Positions 9,997 to 19,056 of a stretch of 64,000 bases of DNA are shown in pieces. Source of the DNA: an uncultured delta proteobacterium (GTDB lineage: Bacteria; Myxococcota_A; Polyangia; Polyangiales; Polyangiaceae). Under the pieces are notes generated by a model. It saw nothing but the letters and a program-made list of their open reading frames with translations. It searched no databases and was not told where the DNA came from. A program made the translations under genes and the position numbers. The stretch spans positions 32,001 to 96,000 of the forward strand of contig CAVQUB010000027.1 of the NCBI GenBank assembly GCA_963716725.1. Reading direction: 5' to 3'. How positions within the stretch are numbered: the stretch's first letter is position 1; each line of letters starts with the position of its first letter.

Positions 9997-10070
9997 GGTG
10001 GAGACGACCGGGATTCGCACCCGGATCTTCGGCTTGCAACGCCGACGCCCTCCTGTTGGACGATCGCCCC
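9997..10070 (-). tRNA. Atypical tRNA-Ala(TGC) or tRNA-like RNA
   Basis: Minus strand reads GGGGCGA TC GTCC AACAGGA GGGC G TCGGC GTTGCAA GCCGA AGAT CCGGG TGCGAAT CCCGG TCG(T)CTCC A CC: a cloverleaf with TGC anticodon and G3:U70/A73 Ala identity if one U is bulged. Confidence 0.75.
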
Positions 10071-10128
10071 ATCTGGCCCCTGCTCGGGGGCCGCTACCGC
10101 CCGCGGGCGGCCTACTTCGTTGCTCGGA

Positions 10129-10185
10129 TCACGTCGAAGCCCCGGGGGGCTTGGCGAGACCGATCTTGTGACGAACGATCTTCAA
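10129..10185 (-). other. Putative uORF 3 (MKIVRHKIGLAKPPGAST)
   Basis: AGGAG Shine-Dalgarno 6 nt before TTG 10185; followed by GC hairpins at 10075-10111, just upstream of the tRNA. Confidence 0.4.
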
Positions 10186-10226
10186 TTCGTACTCCTGATG
10201 TGAAGGTCCGGATCCCATGGAACACG

Positions 10227-10249
10227 GAGGCCGCCTCGCAGGCGGCCTC
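10227..10249 (-). terminator. Strong GC hairpin after uORF 2 (attenuator-like)
   Basis: GAGGCCGCCT-GCG-AGGCGGCCTC on the minus strand; weak U tail (CGTGTT). Confidence 0.5.
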
Positions 10250-10278
10250 GACGCAAACACACAGGTGTCGTGGGAGGA

Positions 10279-10341
10279 CTACCGCGAGCGCGCTCCTCGG
10301 AGCGCGTCGGCGAAACGCGTATCGCGTACGGGATGGGACAT
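10279..10341 (-). other. Putative uORF 2 (MSHPVRDTRFADALRGARSR)
   Basis: ATG 13 nt downstream of an ECF-like -10; stop TAG followed by a hairpin. Confidence 0.45.
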
Positions 10342-10354
10342 GAGTTGGTATTCA

Positions 10355-10381
10355 GACGGATGAGGGTGGAAGAATGTTTCC
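10355..10381 (-). promoter_or_regulatory. ECF-sigma-like promoter
   Basis: GGAAAC-N17-CGTC(TGAA), matching the general ECF AAC/CGT consensus. Confidence 0.55.
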
Positions 10382-10431
10382 GGGTTTCTTTCGAGCGACG
10401 AAACCGGGGCCTTTAGTGGGCAAATTGCCCC

Positions 10432-10467
10432 AAATGCAGAACGGCCGCTCGGGTCACGAGCGGCCGT
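10432..10467 (-). terminator. Intrinsic terminator/attenuator after uORF 1
   Basis: 11-bp stem ACGGCCGCTCG-TGACC-CGAGCGGCCGT followed by TCTGCATTT. Confidence 0.6.
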
Positions 10468-10491
10468 CGCATGCCTCGGGCAACGCGACCG

Positions 10492-10557
10492 CTAGGTGGT
10501 TCCGCCGTCGGAGCCGCGCTCGCGGCGGGACGGATCGGTGAAACCTGCGGTCAACAT
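10492..10557 (-). other. Putative uORF 1 (MLTAGFTDPSRRERGSDGGTT)
   Basis: ATG 10 nt from the IS target site (original -10); stop TAG followed by two abutting hairpins. Confidence 0.45.
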
Positions 10558-10567
10558 GACGGGCGCA

Positions 10568-11063
10568 CTAGTGCCGCGCGGCCGAAGTTCGAGTGGATTC
10601 GCCCCTGAGACCTGCGCTCATTTGGGCTCTCACAGGAAGGGCGGAAGAGCGGAAGGATTTGGGGTGGTCAGGCGTTAGCCTCCGCAGGCCATTTCTGAGC
10701 GCGGTCACGTTGAAGTTGACGAGCAGGCCGACGGGCAACCGCGAAAGGCGCAGATAGGTGATGACCTGCGCTTCGTAAATCGGGAGCAGCCGCTCCACCG
10801 CCTTGAACTCCAGGAGGATACGATCTGGAAGCGACCAGGTCGAGGCGATAGGCGCAGTCAAGGTGTACGCCTTTGTAGCGGATTGGTAGCGGTCGCTGCC
10901 GCTCGAACTTGAGCCGTCGTTCGGACAGCTCGGCAGATAGACAGGCCTCATATGCGGATTCCATCAGCCCTGGACCGAGATGCCGATGCACCTCGATCAG
11001 CGCACCGATCACCTCGTCCGTCCCATCCCCAAATCTTCCGAGCTTTCGCCCTTCCTGTGCCAT
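10568..11063 (-). CDS. GxxExxY protein (PD-(D/E)XK nuclease-like), frameshifted near 10830
   Basis: VIGALIEVHRHLGPGLMESAYEACL...YRLDLV / DRILLEFKAVE...AQVITYLRLSRLPVGLLVNFN split across two frames. Confidence 0.88.
10631..10664 (+). repeat. Left arm of the inverted repeat flanking GxxExxY
   Basis: CACAGGAAGGGCGGAAGAGCGGAAGGATTTGGGG; GGAAG recurs every 8 nt. Confidence 0.8.
11027..11059 (-). repeat. Right arm of the inverted repeat flanking GxxExxY
   Basis: Reverse complement CACAGGAAGGGCGAAAGCTCGGAAGATTTGGGG, 30/34 identical to the left arm. Confidence 0.8.
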
Positions 11064-11080
11064 CCCCGTGTGGTCGGGCC

Positions 11081-11567
11081 TCACTCCGAAACAGTTGCGG
11101 CTTTCTTCGCAGAAAGTGAGGGGATTTTTCTGGGTTCGGCCCACGACTTGGGGCGGTACGACCAGCGAAAGGGTCGGTCGGTCTGCAGATACCACGCGAC
11201 GTACGCGTCGATCCTCGCCGCGAGGTCGTCGGTGCTTCTACTCGAGCCGCTACGGTGTCCGAGAGAGAGAGGGCGGCCGTCCCGAGCGCGGGGCGTCCGC
11301 CAGTCTCTCGCTAGGTGCCGCGCAGTCGAAGCGCTTGCGCCAGTCGTCCACCGTGCGCACGTGCACCCCGAGGAGCCGGGCGATGTCCGTCGCAGGCACT
11401 CCGTCCGCCATCATCAACACGGCCTGCGCCCGACGAACCAGCCGCTGCTCCGCCCTGGCGGGTCGCAACGCCTCCTCGATCCGCGCGCGCTCTTCAGCCC
11501 TCAGCGCGAGCGGAACCGTCGGACGACCACCGTGCGCTCGACCCGCGAACGCGCTGTAGTCGATCAT
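11081..11567 (-). pseudogene. IS630 transposase remnant
   Basis: HTH (RRAQAVLMMADG...IARLLGVHVRTVDDWRKRF...LADAPRSGRP) joined near 11236 to the C-terminal STDDLAARIDAYVAWY...PFRW. Confidence 0.85.
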
Positions 11568-11632
11568 GTCACCCCACTACACCGACGACACGCACACGGA
11601 AAAGAAACCAGCGAAACTTCTGCCGCGCGGCA

Positions 11633-11661
11633 CTAGTAGGCGCGGCCAAGCCCCTTGTCAA
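11633..11661 (-). promoter_or_regulatory. Sigma70-like promoter whose -10 box contains the IS target
   Basis: TTGACA-N17-TACTAG; perfect -35 and imperfect -10. Confidence 0.55.
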
Positions 11662-12347
11662 GTGCCGGGAGGCTGCGCCGGTCGGCGTGCATGCAGACCG
11701 AGCGGCACCTCGAGCTCATCGGCGAGACTCTCGAGGAAGGAACGGAGAAACTCGACTCGACGTTCGGCTTCGCGCCGACCACCCTCGGTGGTCATGGTCG
11801 CTGGCAGGTCGAGCAGCTTCGTGAAGAAGTGATCGACCGAGTACTTGGCGTCGTCGAGCGCACGCTCGACGCCCCACGGGTCGCTCGGATGAAAGTAGCG
11901 CGCATTCATGCGCGCACCCGTCGAAATGCAGCGCATGAGCCCGAGCGCGCCGAGGGCCTCGAGGCGATCGGCGTCTTGAAGAGCACGGCCGAGGAGCGTG
12001 CTCGGCGTCGCGCCGCGGCTGAAGCTATGGTCGCGGATCGCTTCGGCAACCAGGTCGGTTTCGTCGGGGGAAAAGCCATGCTCGGGGAGCCACTCACGCG
12101 CCACGGCCGCCGAGCGCTCGCTGGCCTGACTCCGCTCCGGCGAGTCCTTCGGCAGATTGACGATGTCGTGCAAGAGCGCTGCCGCGAGCGCCACTCGCAC
12201 CGGGACGTCGTCGCCGCTCAGGCGCAGCGTCCAGCGCGCGACCCGCAAGGCGTGCTGAAGATCGTGCCCGGGATCGTCGCCGAGGCCGGCTCGGGCTTGG
12301 GCTATCAGCCCGGGCAGCTCGCGCTCGGCCAAGGTCTGTAGGTTCAT
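11658..12347 (-). CDS. HD-domain phosphohydrolase (YedJ-like)
   Basis: GHDLQHALRV, ALLHDIV, IRDHSFS, LQDADRLEALGALG, DHFFTKLL. Confidence 0.9.
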   Translation of the reverse strand: MNLQTLAERELPGLIAQARAGLGDDPGHDLQHALRVARWTLRLSGDDVPVRVALAAALLHDIVNLPKDSPERSQASERSAAVAREWLPEHGFSPDETDLVAEAIRDHSFSRGATPSTLLGRALQDADRLEALGALGLMRCISTGARMNARYFHPSDPWGVERALDDAKYSVDHFFTKLLDLPATMTTEGGRREAERRVEFLRSFLESLADELEVPLGLHARRPAQPPGT

Positions 12348-13021
12348 GACTCGCCCGTCTCAGCCCGGGAAAATGGCCGCATCCGTCGCCCATCGAAGCG
12401 GTAGTAGCGCGCTCGACGATGACGCACGCCGGTCTCGCGGTCGTCCAGCGGCACCAACGCCGGCCAAGAAAGCACACGCTTGCGGAAGTTCCGCTTGTCG
12501 AGCGCCTCACCGAGCACCGCGAGATGCAGCGCTTGCAGCTCACGCAACGTGAACCTGACCGGCAAGAGCTCTTGCCCGAAGGGCAGTCGCTCAGCGCGCG
12601 CGCGGACGCGCGCCAACGCGCGTTCGAGGGCCTCTGCGTGATCGAACGCGAGTTCCCTCGCCTTCTTCAGCGGCACCCACTCCGCTCGCCGCGCGTCGTC
12701 CCCCGCAGCGGGAACCTGCTCGGACATTCGCACCAGGGCGAGGTGTGCGACGCTGACCACCCAACCGCGAGGATCCCGCCCGGGCTGACTGAAGGTGTGC
12801 AGCTGCTCGACCGCGACCTCGGTGAGCCCAGTCTCTTCCGCGAGCTCGCGGGCGGCCGCCTGTTCGACGCTCTCGCCCGAATCGACGAAGCCACCAGGCA
12901 AGGCCCATTTCCCTGCGAACGGCTCATTGCCGCGTTGGATCAACAGCACGCGGAGCCCGTCGCCATCGAAGGCGATGGCCACGACGTCCGCGGCGAGCGA
13001 GGGCCGCGGGGTGTCACTCAC
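12344..13021 (-). CDS. NrtR-like Nudix hydrolase with winged HTH
   Basis: Intact Nudix box GGFVDSGESVEQAAARELAEETGL, RDPRGWVVS, FTLRELQ...LDKRNFRK. Confidence 0.88.
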   Translation of the reverse strand: MSDTPRPSLAADVVAIAFDGDGLRVLLIQRGNEPFAGKWALPGGFVDSGESVEQAAARELAEETGLTEVAVEQLHTFSQPGRDPRGWVVSVAHLALVRMSEQVPAAGDDARRAEWVPLKKARELAFDHAEALERALARVRARAERLPFGQELLPVRFTLRELQALHLAVLGEALDKRNFRKRVLSWPALVPLDDRETGVRHRRARYYRFDGRRMRPFSRAETGES

Positions 13022-15011
13022 GACCCTTGCCCACCTTCGCGACGAGCTGGGCCAGCTCACGCTCGAAGCCGCCGCTCAAGATCGGGAACCGGCACCACGT
13101 CTTGGGGTCGAGGCTCTCGTCGTCCAAGTGGAAGCTTGGGGCGTAGCGCTCGCGTTTCCACTGGTTGCGGCTGAAGAGCCGGAAGAAGCGCACGACCCAA
13201 GTCAGCAGCTGCTGAGTTTCGTAGCCCGGAAATTCGGCCCTCATTAGCTCCCAAACGTCGAGCGGCGAGCGCTTGTCGCGGATCGCGGCGCGCTCGATGG
13301 CGTCCAGCAACACGTAGGGCATCAGATCACCCTCGTCGGTCTGCCCCGCCGCCGTGGGGCGGAGCTCGGCGGTCGGCTCTTGCTGGTTGATGGCGGCGAG
13401 GGCCGGGATGGGCCCGAAGCCCTCGGGACCCGTGGTCTCTAACCAGTGCAGCCACTGTCGAAGGTACGCTTTGTCGATTCCGGCAATGGGGCTGAGACCG
13501 CCGGCGGTGTCGCCGTCCATGGTGGCGTAGCCGACCGCAGCCTCCGACCGATTGCTCGTCGCCAGCAGCAACGCGCCGCCCAGGTTCGCCAGGAGCCAGA
13601 CGCTGGGCGCGCGAACCCGCGCCTGGATGTTCTGCAGCGCAATGTCGTCCTGCTCCCAGGTCAAAGGTCGCGAGAGCGCCCCTTCGGCGAGCTTCACGTA
13701 GCCTTCTACCATCGCATCGACATCGAGCTCGAAGTGGCGCGCTCCGATGGCTTCCGCGACGCTTCGGGCCGCGTTCTTCGTGACCGCTCCGCTGTTGCGC
13801 GTCGCTTGGTAGGCGGTGGTGAGGAGCAGGCGGACGAGATCTCGCTCGTCTCGACACTCGGCCACGCCCTCGACGTAGGCGAGGCGCTCGCGAACGCCGT
13901 CGAGGCCGAGCTCACGGAGCGCGAAGCGCACTGCCATCGAAACCAGACAGGCGACCGCGGCGGAGTCCGCACCGCCGGAGAGCGACACGACGAAGCCCCG
14001 GGACCGGCTCTTGCGCAGGTAGTCGAAGAGGGCCAGAGACTCCGCGCGGACGAACTCCTCCTCTTTCAGCGAGTCCCCAGCTTCCCAGGCGGGCTCCTCC
14101 AGTCGCGCCGGCTCGATCCGAGCCGGTGGATACTCGTGATCGACGCCGACGCACTCGCCGGCCTCGGCTTCCACCTGCGGCTGAAAGCTCGACAGCCATC
14201 CGTGGCGGGTGCGTGTCAGCTCGACGTCGATGGTCGCGAAGATCATGCTCGAGGTCGCGAAGGAAAAGCGCGGTGAGGCGGCCACCAGGCGGCCCCCCGA
14301 CGCGATCAGCGCGTCCCCGTCGTAGATGGCGCGACCGGCCTCGTTGCCGACGAGATTGGAGTAGACGTAGGTGACGCCGAAGGCCCTCGAGCCCTCGAGC
14401 ACGAGGCGGCGACGTACTTCCTTCTTTCCGAAGGCAAAGTGGCTCGCCGAGGGGTTGAGGATCACGTCCACCGCGTCCAGCGACAGCTCCGCTCCGGGCC
14501 GCTGGGCGATCCAGGCGTCTTCGCAGATCTCGAAGCCGATCTTGATCCCCCCGCAATCGAAATGCACATCGCCGATGGGCACGTCGCGGCCGGCGACCTT
14601 CGTCGTGCCGCGCTCGCCCCGCGGCCAAGGCTTGAACCAGCGCGGCTCGTAGTGGATGCCGTCGCCCGCCAAGGCGCGCTTGGCAGCGAATCCGAGCAGC
14701 TTCGCGTCGGCGACCAGCGCACAGGTGTTGAACACGGCCTTGTTGTGCAAGAGCGGCAGCCCGAAGCTCACCACCAGGCCGCGGGTGTGTTCGATGATCT
14801 CTCCGAGCAACTCCAGGCTCGTCGCGAGGACGCCCGGCGACAAGAACATGTCCTCACAGCCGTAACCCGAGACACAGAGCTCGGGCAGGCACAGGATCCC
14901 AACGCCCGACTCTCGGGCCCGGTCGAGGGCGGACACGATGTTCCGTCGGTTGCCGTCCCAGTCGAGCGGGGTCTGATTCAGGGTGGCAGCGGCGACTTTG
15001 ACCAGGCGCAT
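13014..15011 (-). CDS. nadE: Glutamine-dependent NAD+ synthetase
   Basis: Nitrilase domain (LPEL, EICED, ASHF) plus SLSGGADS, QNIQARVR, NRSEAAVGYATMDGD, PTAELRP. Confidence 0.95.
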   Translation of the reverse strand: MRLVKVAAATLNQTPLDWDGNRRNIVSALDRARESGVGILCLPELCVSGYGCEDMFLSPGVLATSLELLGEIIEHTRGLVVSFGLPLLHNKAVFNTCALVADAKLLGFAAKRALAGDGIHYEPRWFKPWPRGERGTTKVAGRDVPIGDVHFDCGGIKIGFEICEDAWIAQRPGAELSLDAVDVILNPSASHFAFGKKEVRRRLVLEGSRAFGVTYVYSNLVGNEAGRAIYDGDALIASGGRLVAASPRFSFATSSMIFATIDVELTRTRHGWLSSFQPQVEAEAGECVGVDHEYPPARIEPARLEEPAWEAGDSLKEEEFVRAESLALFDYLRKSRSRGFVVSLSGGADSAAVACLVSMAVRFALRELGLDGVRERLAYVEGVAECRDERDLVRLLLTTAYQATRNSGAVTKNAARSVAEAIGARHFELDVDAMVEGYVKLAEGALSRPLTWEQDDIALQNIQARVRAPSVWLLANLGGALLLATSNRSEAAVGYATMDGDTAGGLSPIAGIDKAYLRQWLHWLETTGPEGFGPIPALAAINQQEPTAELRPTAAGQTDEGDLMPYVLLDAIERAAIRDKRSPLDVWELMRAEFPGYETQQLLTWVVRFFRLFSRNQWKRERYAPSFHLDDESLDPKTWCRFPILSGGFERELAQLVAKVGKGRE

Positions 15012-15071
15012 TTCGAGGCCCCCATCGTCGCCCTTCCGGCGGGGCTGTCAAGCTGGCAGGCTCGGGCCGTC

Positions 15072-15896
15072 ATGTCTGCTCAGACCGACGAACGCACACT
15101 GCTCGAGGCCGCACGGAACGGCGACGAGGCTGCGCTCACCGAGCTCATCAATCGCTACTCGCCGAACGTGTACCGCTTCGGCATGAAGATGTGCCGCCAC
15201 GAGCAAGACGCCGAGGAGGTCCTGCAAGACACGCTGCTGGCCGCCGCCAAGAACCTGGGCGACTTCCGAGGCCAGAGCTCGCTGTCGACCTGGCTCTACA
15301 CCATCGCGCGAAGCTACTGCATCAAGCGCCGGCGCAAGCGCGTCGACGAACCGAGCAGCCTCGAGCCGCTGCACCAGCTCCGCGCCGAGGGCGTGCCGCA
15401 GCTCATCGACCTACGAGGCCCGGAGGAGGCGGCCGCGTCCCGAGAGATCGAAGCCGCGCTCGAACACGCCATCGACGAGCTCGACCCGATCTACCGCGAG
15501 GTATTGATCCTGCGCGATCTGGAGGGGCTCACTGCGCCGGAGGTCGCAAAAATCCTGGAGCTCAGCGTGGAAGCCGTGAAGAGCCGGCTGCACCGCGCTC
15601 GCGCCCAGGTCCGCGAGCGTATCGCCCCGCTCTTCTCGGCCGAGGCAGAGCTCCCGCCCCTCGCGAGTTGCCCGGACGTCGTCGAGCTCTTGTCGCGCCA
15701 CATGGAAGACGACGTGAGCCCGGAACTCTGCCACGAAATGGAGCAACACGTCGCGGCCTGCCCGCGCTGCGCGGCTCGCTGCGACTCGCTCAGGCGCGCC
15801 CTGGCGCTGTGCCAAGCCAGTCCCGCTCCAGAGGTCCCCGACGAGATCAAGCAGCTGGTCGCCCGGCAAATGCGGGCCGCGCTCGGGCAGCTCTGA
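15072..15896 (+). CDS. ECF sigma factor with fused C-terminal ZAS-type zinc finger
   Basis: Region 2 DAEEVLQDT...FRGQSSLSTWLYTIA; region 4 AVKSRLHRAR; then CPDVVELL...HVAACPRC. Confidence 0.9.
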   Translation: MSAQTDERTLLEAARNGDEAALTELINRYSPNVYRFGMKMCRHEQDAEEVLQDTLLAAAKNLGDFRGQSSLSTWLYTIARSYCIKRRRKRVDEPSSLEPLHQLRAEGVPQLIDLRGPEEAAASREIEAALEHAIDELDPIYREVLILRDLEGLTAPEVAKILELSVEAVKSRLHRARAQVRERIAPLFSAEAELPPLASCPDVVELLSRHMEDDVSPELCHEMEQHVAACPRCAARCDSLRRALALCQASPAPEVPDEIKQLVARQMRAALGQL

Positions 15897-15957
15897 CCGA
15901 CGGCTCGTTGACCCAGAGCCCGGACAGTTGCAGGCTCGCTTCGAAGGAACCTAGATC

Positions 15958-16401
15958 GTGTCTCGCACTCTCTTCGCTCTCTTGGTCGCTGGCCTCCTGG
16001 CCACTTCGTGCAAGGACAAACCAGCGCCCACGGACGCCCCGCCGAAGCAGAGGACCAAGGAAGAGTTTCTGCAAGTCCTGGACAAGAATCGCGACGAGTA
16101 CCTCCGCTGCGAGAAGCTCCTCGAGAAGTCACGCGCTTCGATCGAAGGCCACCAGCACGCGGACCACGACTCGGGCCACGCTGTGGATGGTGGACGCGGG
16201 GACGCTTCGACGGGCGACGCGGCGATCGGCGCGGATGCGGCTCCCGAGGCCGGCGCCCGTCCGGCTCTGACCATCGGTCTCGAGTACGGCGAGTGCAGCC
16301 GGGAGTACTGGAAGAAAGTGAAGAGCGAGGTCGGGCCCTACGACCAAGCCAAGGCCGATGAGTGGTACTCGGAGTGGCGCAAGGGCGTGAAGGTCGAGTG
16401 A
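15958..16401 (+). CDS. Hypothetical lipoprotein
   Basis: Lipobox LATSC; coding-like codon usage. Confidence 0.65.
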   Translation: MSRTLFALLVAGLLATSCKDKPAPTDAPPKQRTKEEFLQVLDKNRDEYLRCEKLLEKSRASIEGHQHADHDSGHAVDGGRGDASTGDAAIGADAAPEAGARPALTIGLEYGECSREYWKKVKSEVGPYDQAKADEWYSEWRKGVKVE

Positions 16402-16545
16402 CGCAGCATGCCATTCATTCGTGTCGGTGGCGTGGAGCTCCACCACCAAGACACGCTCGGGGGTGAGCGTCGCCCGCTTCCCGTGAAGCCCGCGACCCGC
16501 CGTGCGCCGATCTCTGACGGCGATGTGAGCTATGCTCGCCTCCGC

Positions 16546-19049
16546 ATGCGCGCGCGGCTCATCGTCCCCTTCGTCACGCTGGCGGCCCTGGGTTGTTCCG
16601 ATGGAGAAGAGGGCGACGGCCGCTCGGGACCAAGATCGGTCACGCTGATCGCGGGAGAGACCAGCGTCAGTATCGATACCGCCCGGGGCTCCATCGAGCT
16701 TCGGCGGGGCGACCAGTCGGTTCTGACCTTGCCCGCCGACGCTTTCGTGCTCGGCAGCGTGACGGAGGTCGACGACCTCGCGAACTACGATCCCGCGCCG
16801 CTCTTGGCAGACGATCCCACCGTTCAGGTGCCGGAGGGCCTGACCTGGCATCGGGGTGCGCGATTCTCCATCTCGAAGAGCTCGGAGACCGCCGTCACGC
16901 TGCTAGTGAACCACACCGGCGGGCGTTCCTCCGAGGTCGAGCTCTCAGTCGCCGCCGACGACCGAATCGCGGCCAAGCTGCGCCCCATTGAAGCGAAGCG
17001 CATCGCCTATCTCGGTCTCGACGTGAAGACCGGCGCCGACGAGGCCTTCTATGGTCTGGGGGAATACTTCGACAGCGTCAACCATCGCGGCAAGCTGCGC
17101 GCGATGCAGCTGGAGGCCACCGGCGCCCTCGAGAGCTCCAACAACGAAGCGCACGTCCCCATCCCCTTCGTGACCGGCACCCGCGGCTTCGGCCTCTTCG
17201 TCGAGAACCCGTATCCGGCCGTCTTCGACGTCGCCAAGGCAAATCCAGAGCGTATCGCGGCGACCTTCGGCACCGGGCTCGCGAGCAAAGACGGACTCGT
17301 CTTCCACCTGTTTTCGGCAGCCCACCCCCTGGACATCACCCGGCACTACTACGACGTGACTGGGCTTCCACGCTTGCCCGCCCGTTGGGGCCTCGGGCCG
17401 CTGGTGTGGCGAGACGAAAACGATGACCAGGCCCAGTTCGAGGCGGATCTCAGCGCGATGCGCGGTCTTGATCTCGCGACCAGCGCCGTGTGGATCGATC
17501 GCCCCTACGCCACGGGCGTCAACACCTTCGATTTCGACGCGAAGAAATTCCCCGATCCGAAGGCGATGCTCGCCAAGGCCCACGCGCTGGGCTTTCGCGT
17601 GTCGCTCTGGCACACGCCCTACCTGGACGAGAAGGACCCGAGCACCCAGGCCCTGCGCGAGGTAGCGACGAGCAAGGGCTACTACCCGAAAGAGCGGGGG
17701 CTGCTGCTCAACAAGTGGGGCACGCCTGTCGATCTGACCAACCCCGACGCCTTCGCGTGGTGGCAGAGCCTGATCCAGAAGTACGTCGACATGGGCATCG
17801 AGGGTTTCAAGCTCGACTACGGCGAGGACATCGTCCCGGGCATCTTCGGCGCGCGCAACGTCTGGAAGTTCGCCGACGGCAGCGACGAGCGCACGATGCA
17901 CGCACGCTACCAGCTCCTCTATCACTCGGCCTATGCCCAGCTCTGGAAGACGAAGGCCACTTCCTGCTCTGTCGCGGCGGCACCTACGGTGATCAGACAA
18001 ACGTCTCGGTGATCTGGCCGGGCGATCTCGACGCGAGCTTCGCCAAGCACGGCGAGACAGATCACCGTCGACGGCAAGAAGTACTCGGCCGTGGGCGGCT
18101 TGCCGGCGGCGCTGATCGCCGGGCTCTCGCTCGGGCCCTCCGGTTTCCCGTTCTACGGCTCCGACACCGGGGGCTACCGTCATTCGCCGCCGGACAAGGA
18201 ACTGTTCACGCGCTGGTTCCAGAGCACTGCGCTGTCCACCGTGATGCAGATCGGCACCAGCACCAACGACGTCGCCTGGGAGCCGACCCCGAAGAACGGC
18301 TTCGATCAGGAGATGCTCGGTTGGTACCGGAGCTACACCCGGCTGCACCTCCGGCTCTTCCCGTACATCTGGACCTACGCCAAGCGGTTGAAGACGGACG
18401 GGCGCCCGATCCAGCGCGCGCTCGGCCTCGCGCACCCCGAGCTGGGGGAACACCCGGACGACACTTTCTTGCTCGGAGACTCGCTGCTCGTCGCGCCCAG
18501 TCGTGGAGCGCGGCAAGACCACCCGTGACGTGGTGCTCCCGGCGGAGAGTGGCTCGACTGGTGGACTGGCCAGTCGCACACGGGCGAGCAAGACCCTGAC
18601 CGTCGCCGCGCCGCTCGGACGTGCTGCCGCTGTTCCTGAAGAAGGGCGGCATCGTGCCCATGCTCCGGCCCACCATCGACACGCTCAGCCCGACCACGGA
18701 CCCTGGCGTGGACTCGTACGCGACTGCGCCGGGCGTGCTTTGGGCCCGCATCGCGCCTGGTTTGACCAGCAAGTTCACTCTCTTCGACGGAGCCGAGCTC
18801 GAACAAGAAGAAGCTGCGGGGACGATCCGGCTGGCAAAGAAGGACGGCAGCGAGCTGAAGTACGGCGTCGTCTTCGAGGTCGTCGGGCTCGGCCAGCCGC
18901 CCTCCGCCGTGACCGCTGGCGGCGCGGCGCTGAAGGCCGTCGGCTCGGCCGCGGAGCTCGAAGCGGAACCCGCGGGCTGGACCTTCCAGGCCGGAGTGCT
19001 CTTGATCAAGGTCCCGAGCGGCGACCAGACCGTGATAGTGACGAGCTGA
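16546..19049 (+). CDS. GH31 glycoside hydrolase lipoprotein, broken by several frameshifts
   Basis: FYGLGE, WIDRPY, GFKLDYGE nucleophile, IWPGD, YGSDTGGY, LRLFPYIW, LPLFLKKGGIVP across frames; breaks at ~17950, 18060 and 18500-18620. Confidence 0.85.
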
Positions 19050-19056
19050 GTTCCCG

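Larger units (their letters stand above)
10568..11636 (-). mobile_element. Internally deleted IS630-family element carrying a GxxExxY cassette
   Basis: Inverted ends CTAGTGCCGCGCGGC(C/A)GAAGTT (21/22 identical, 10568-10589 vs 11615-11636) with CTAG at both ends; transposase HTH and extreme C-terminus present, DDE core absent. Confidence 0.85.

Noticed and set aside
10031..10043. Reading the anticodon as GCA (Cys)
   Set aside because: The 5-bp stem TCGGC/GCCGA fixes the 7-nt loop GTTGCAA with TGC centred, and the acceptor stem is Ala-like
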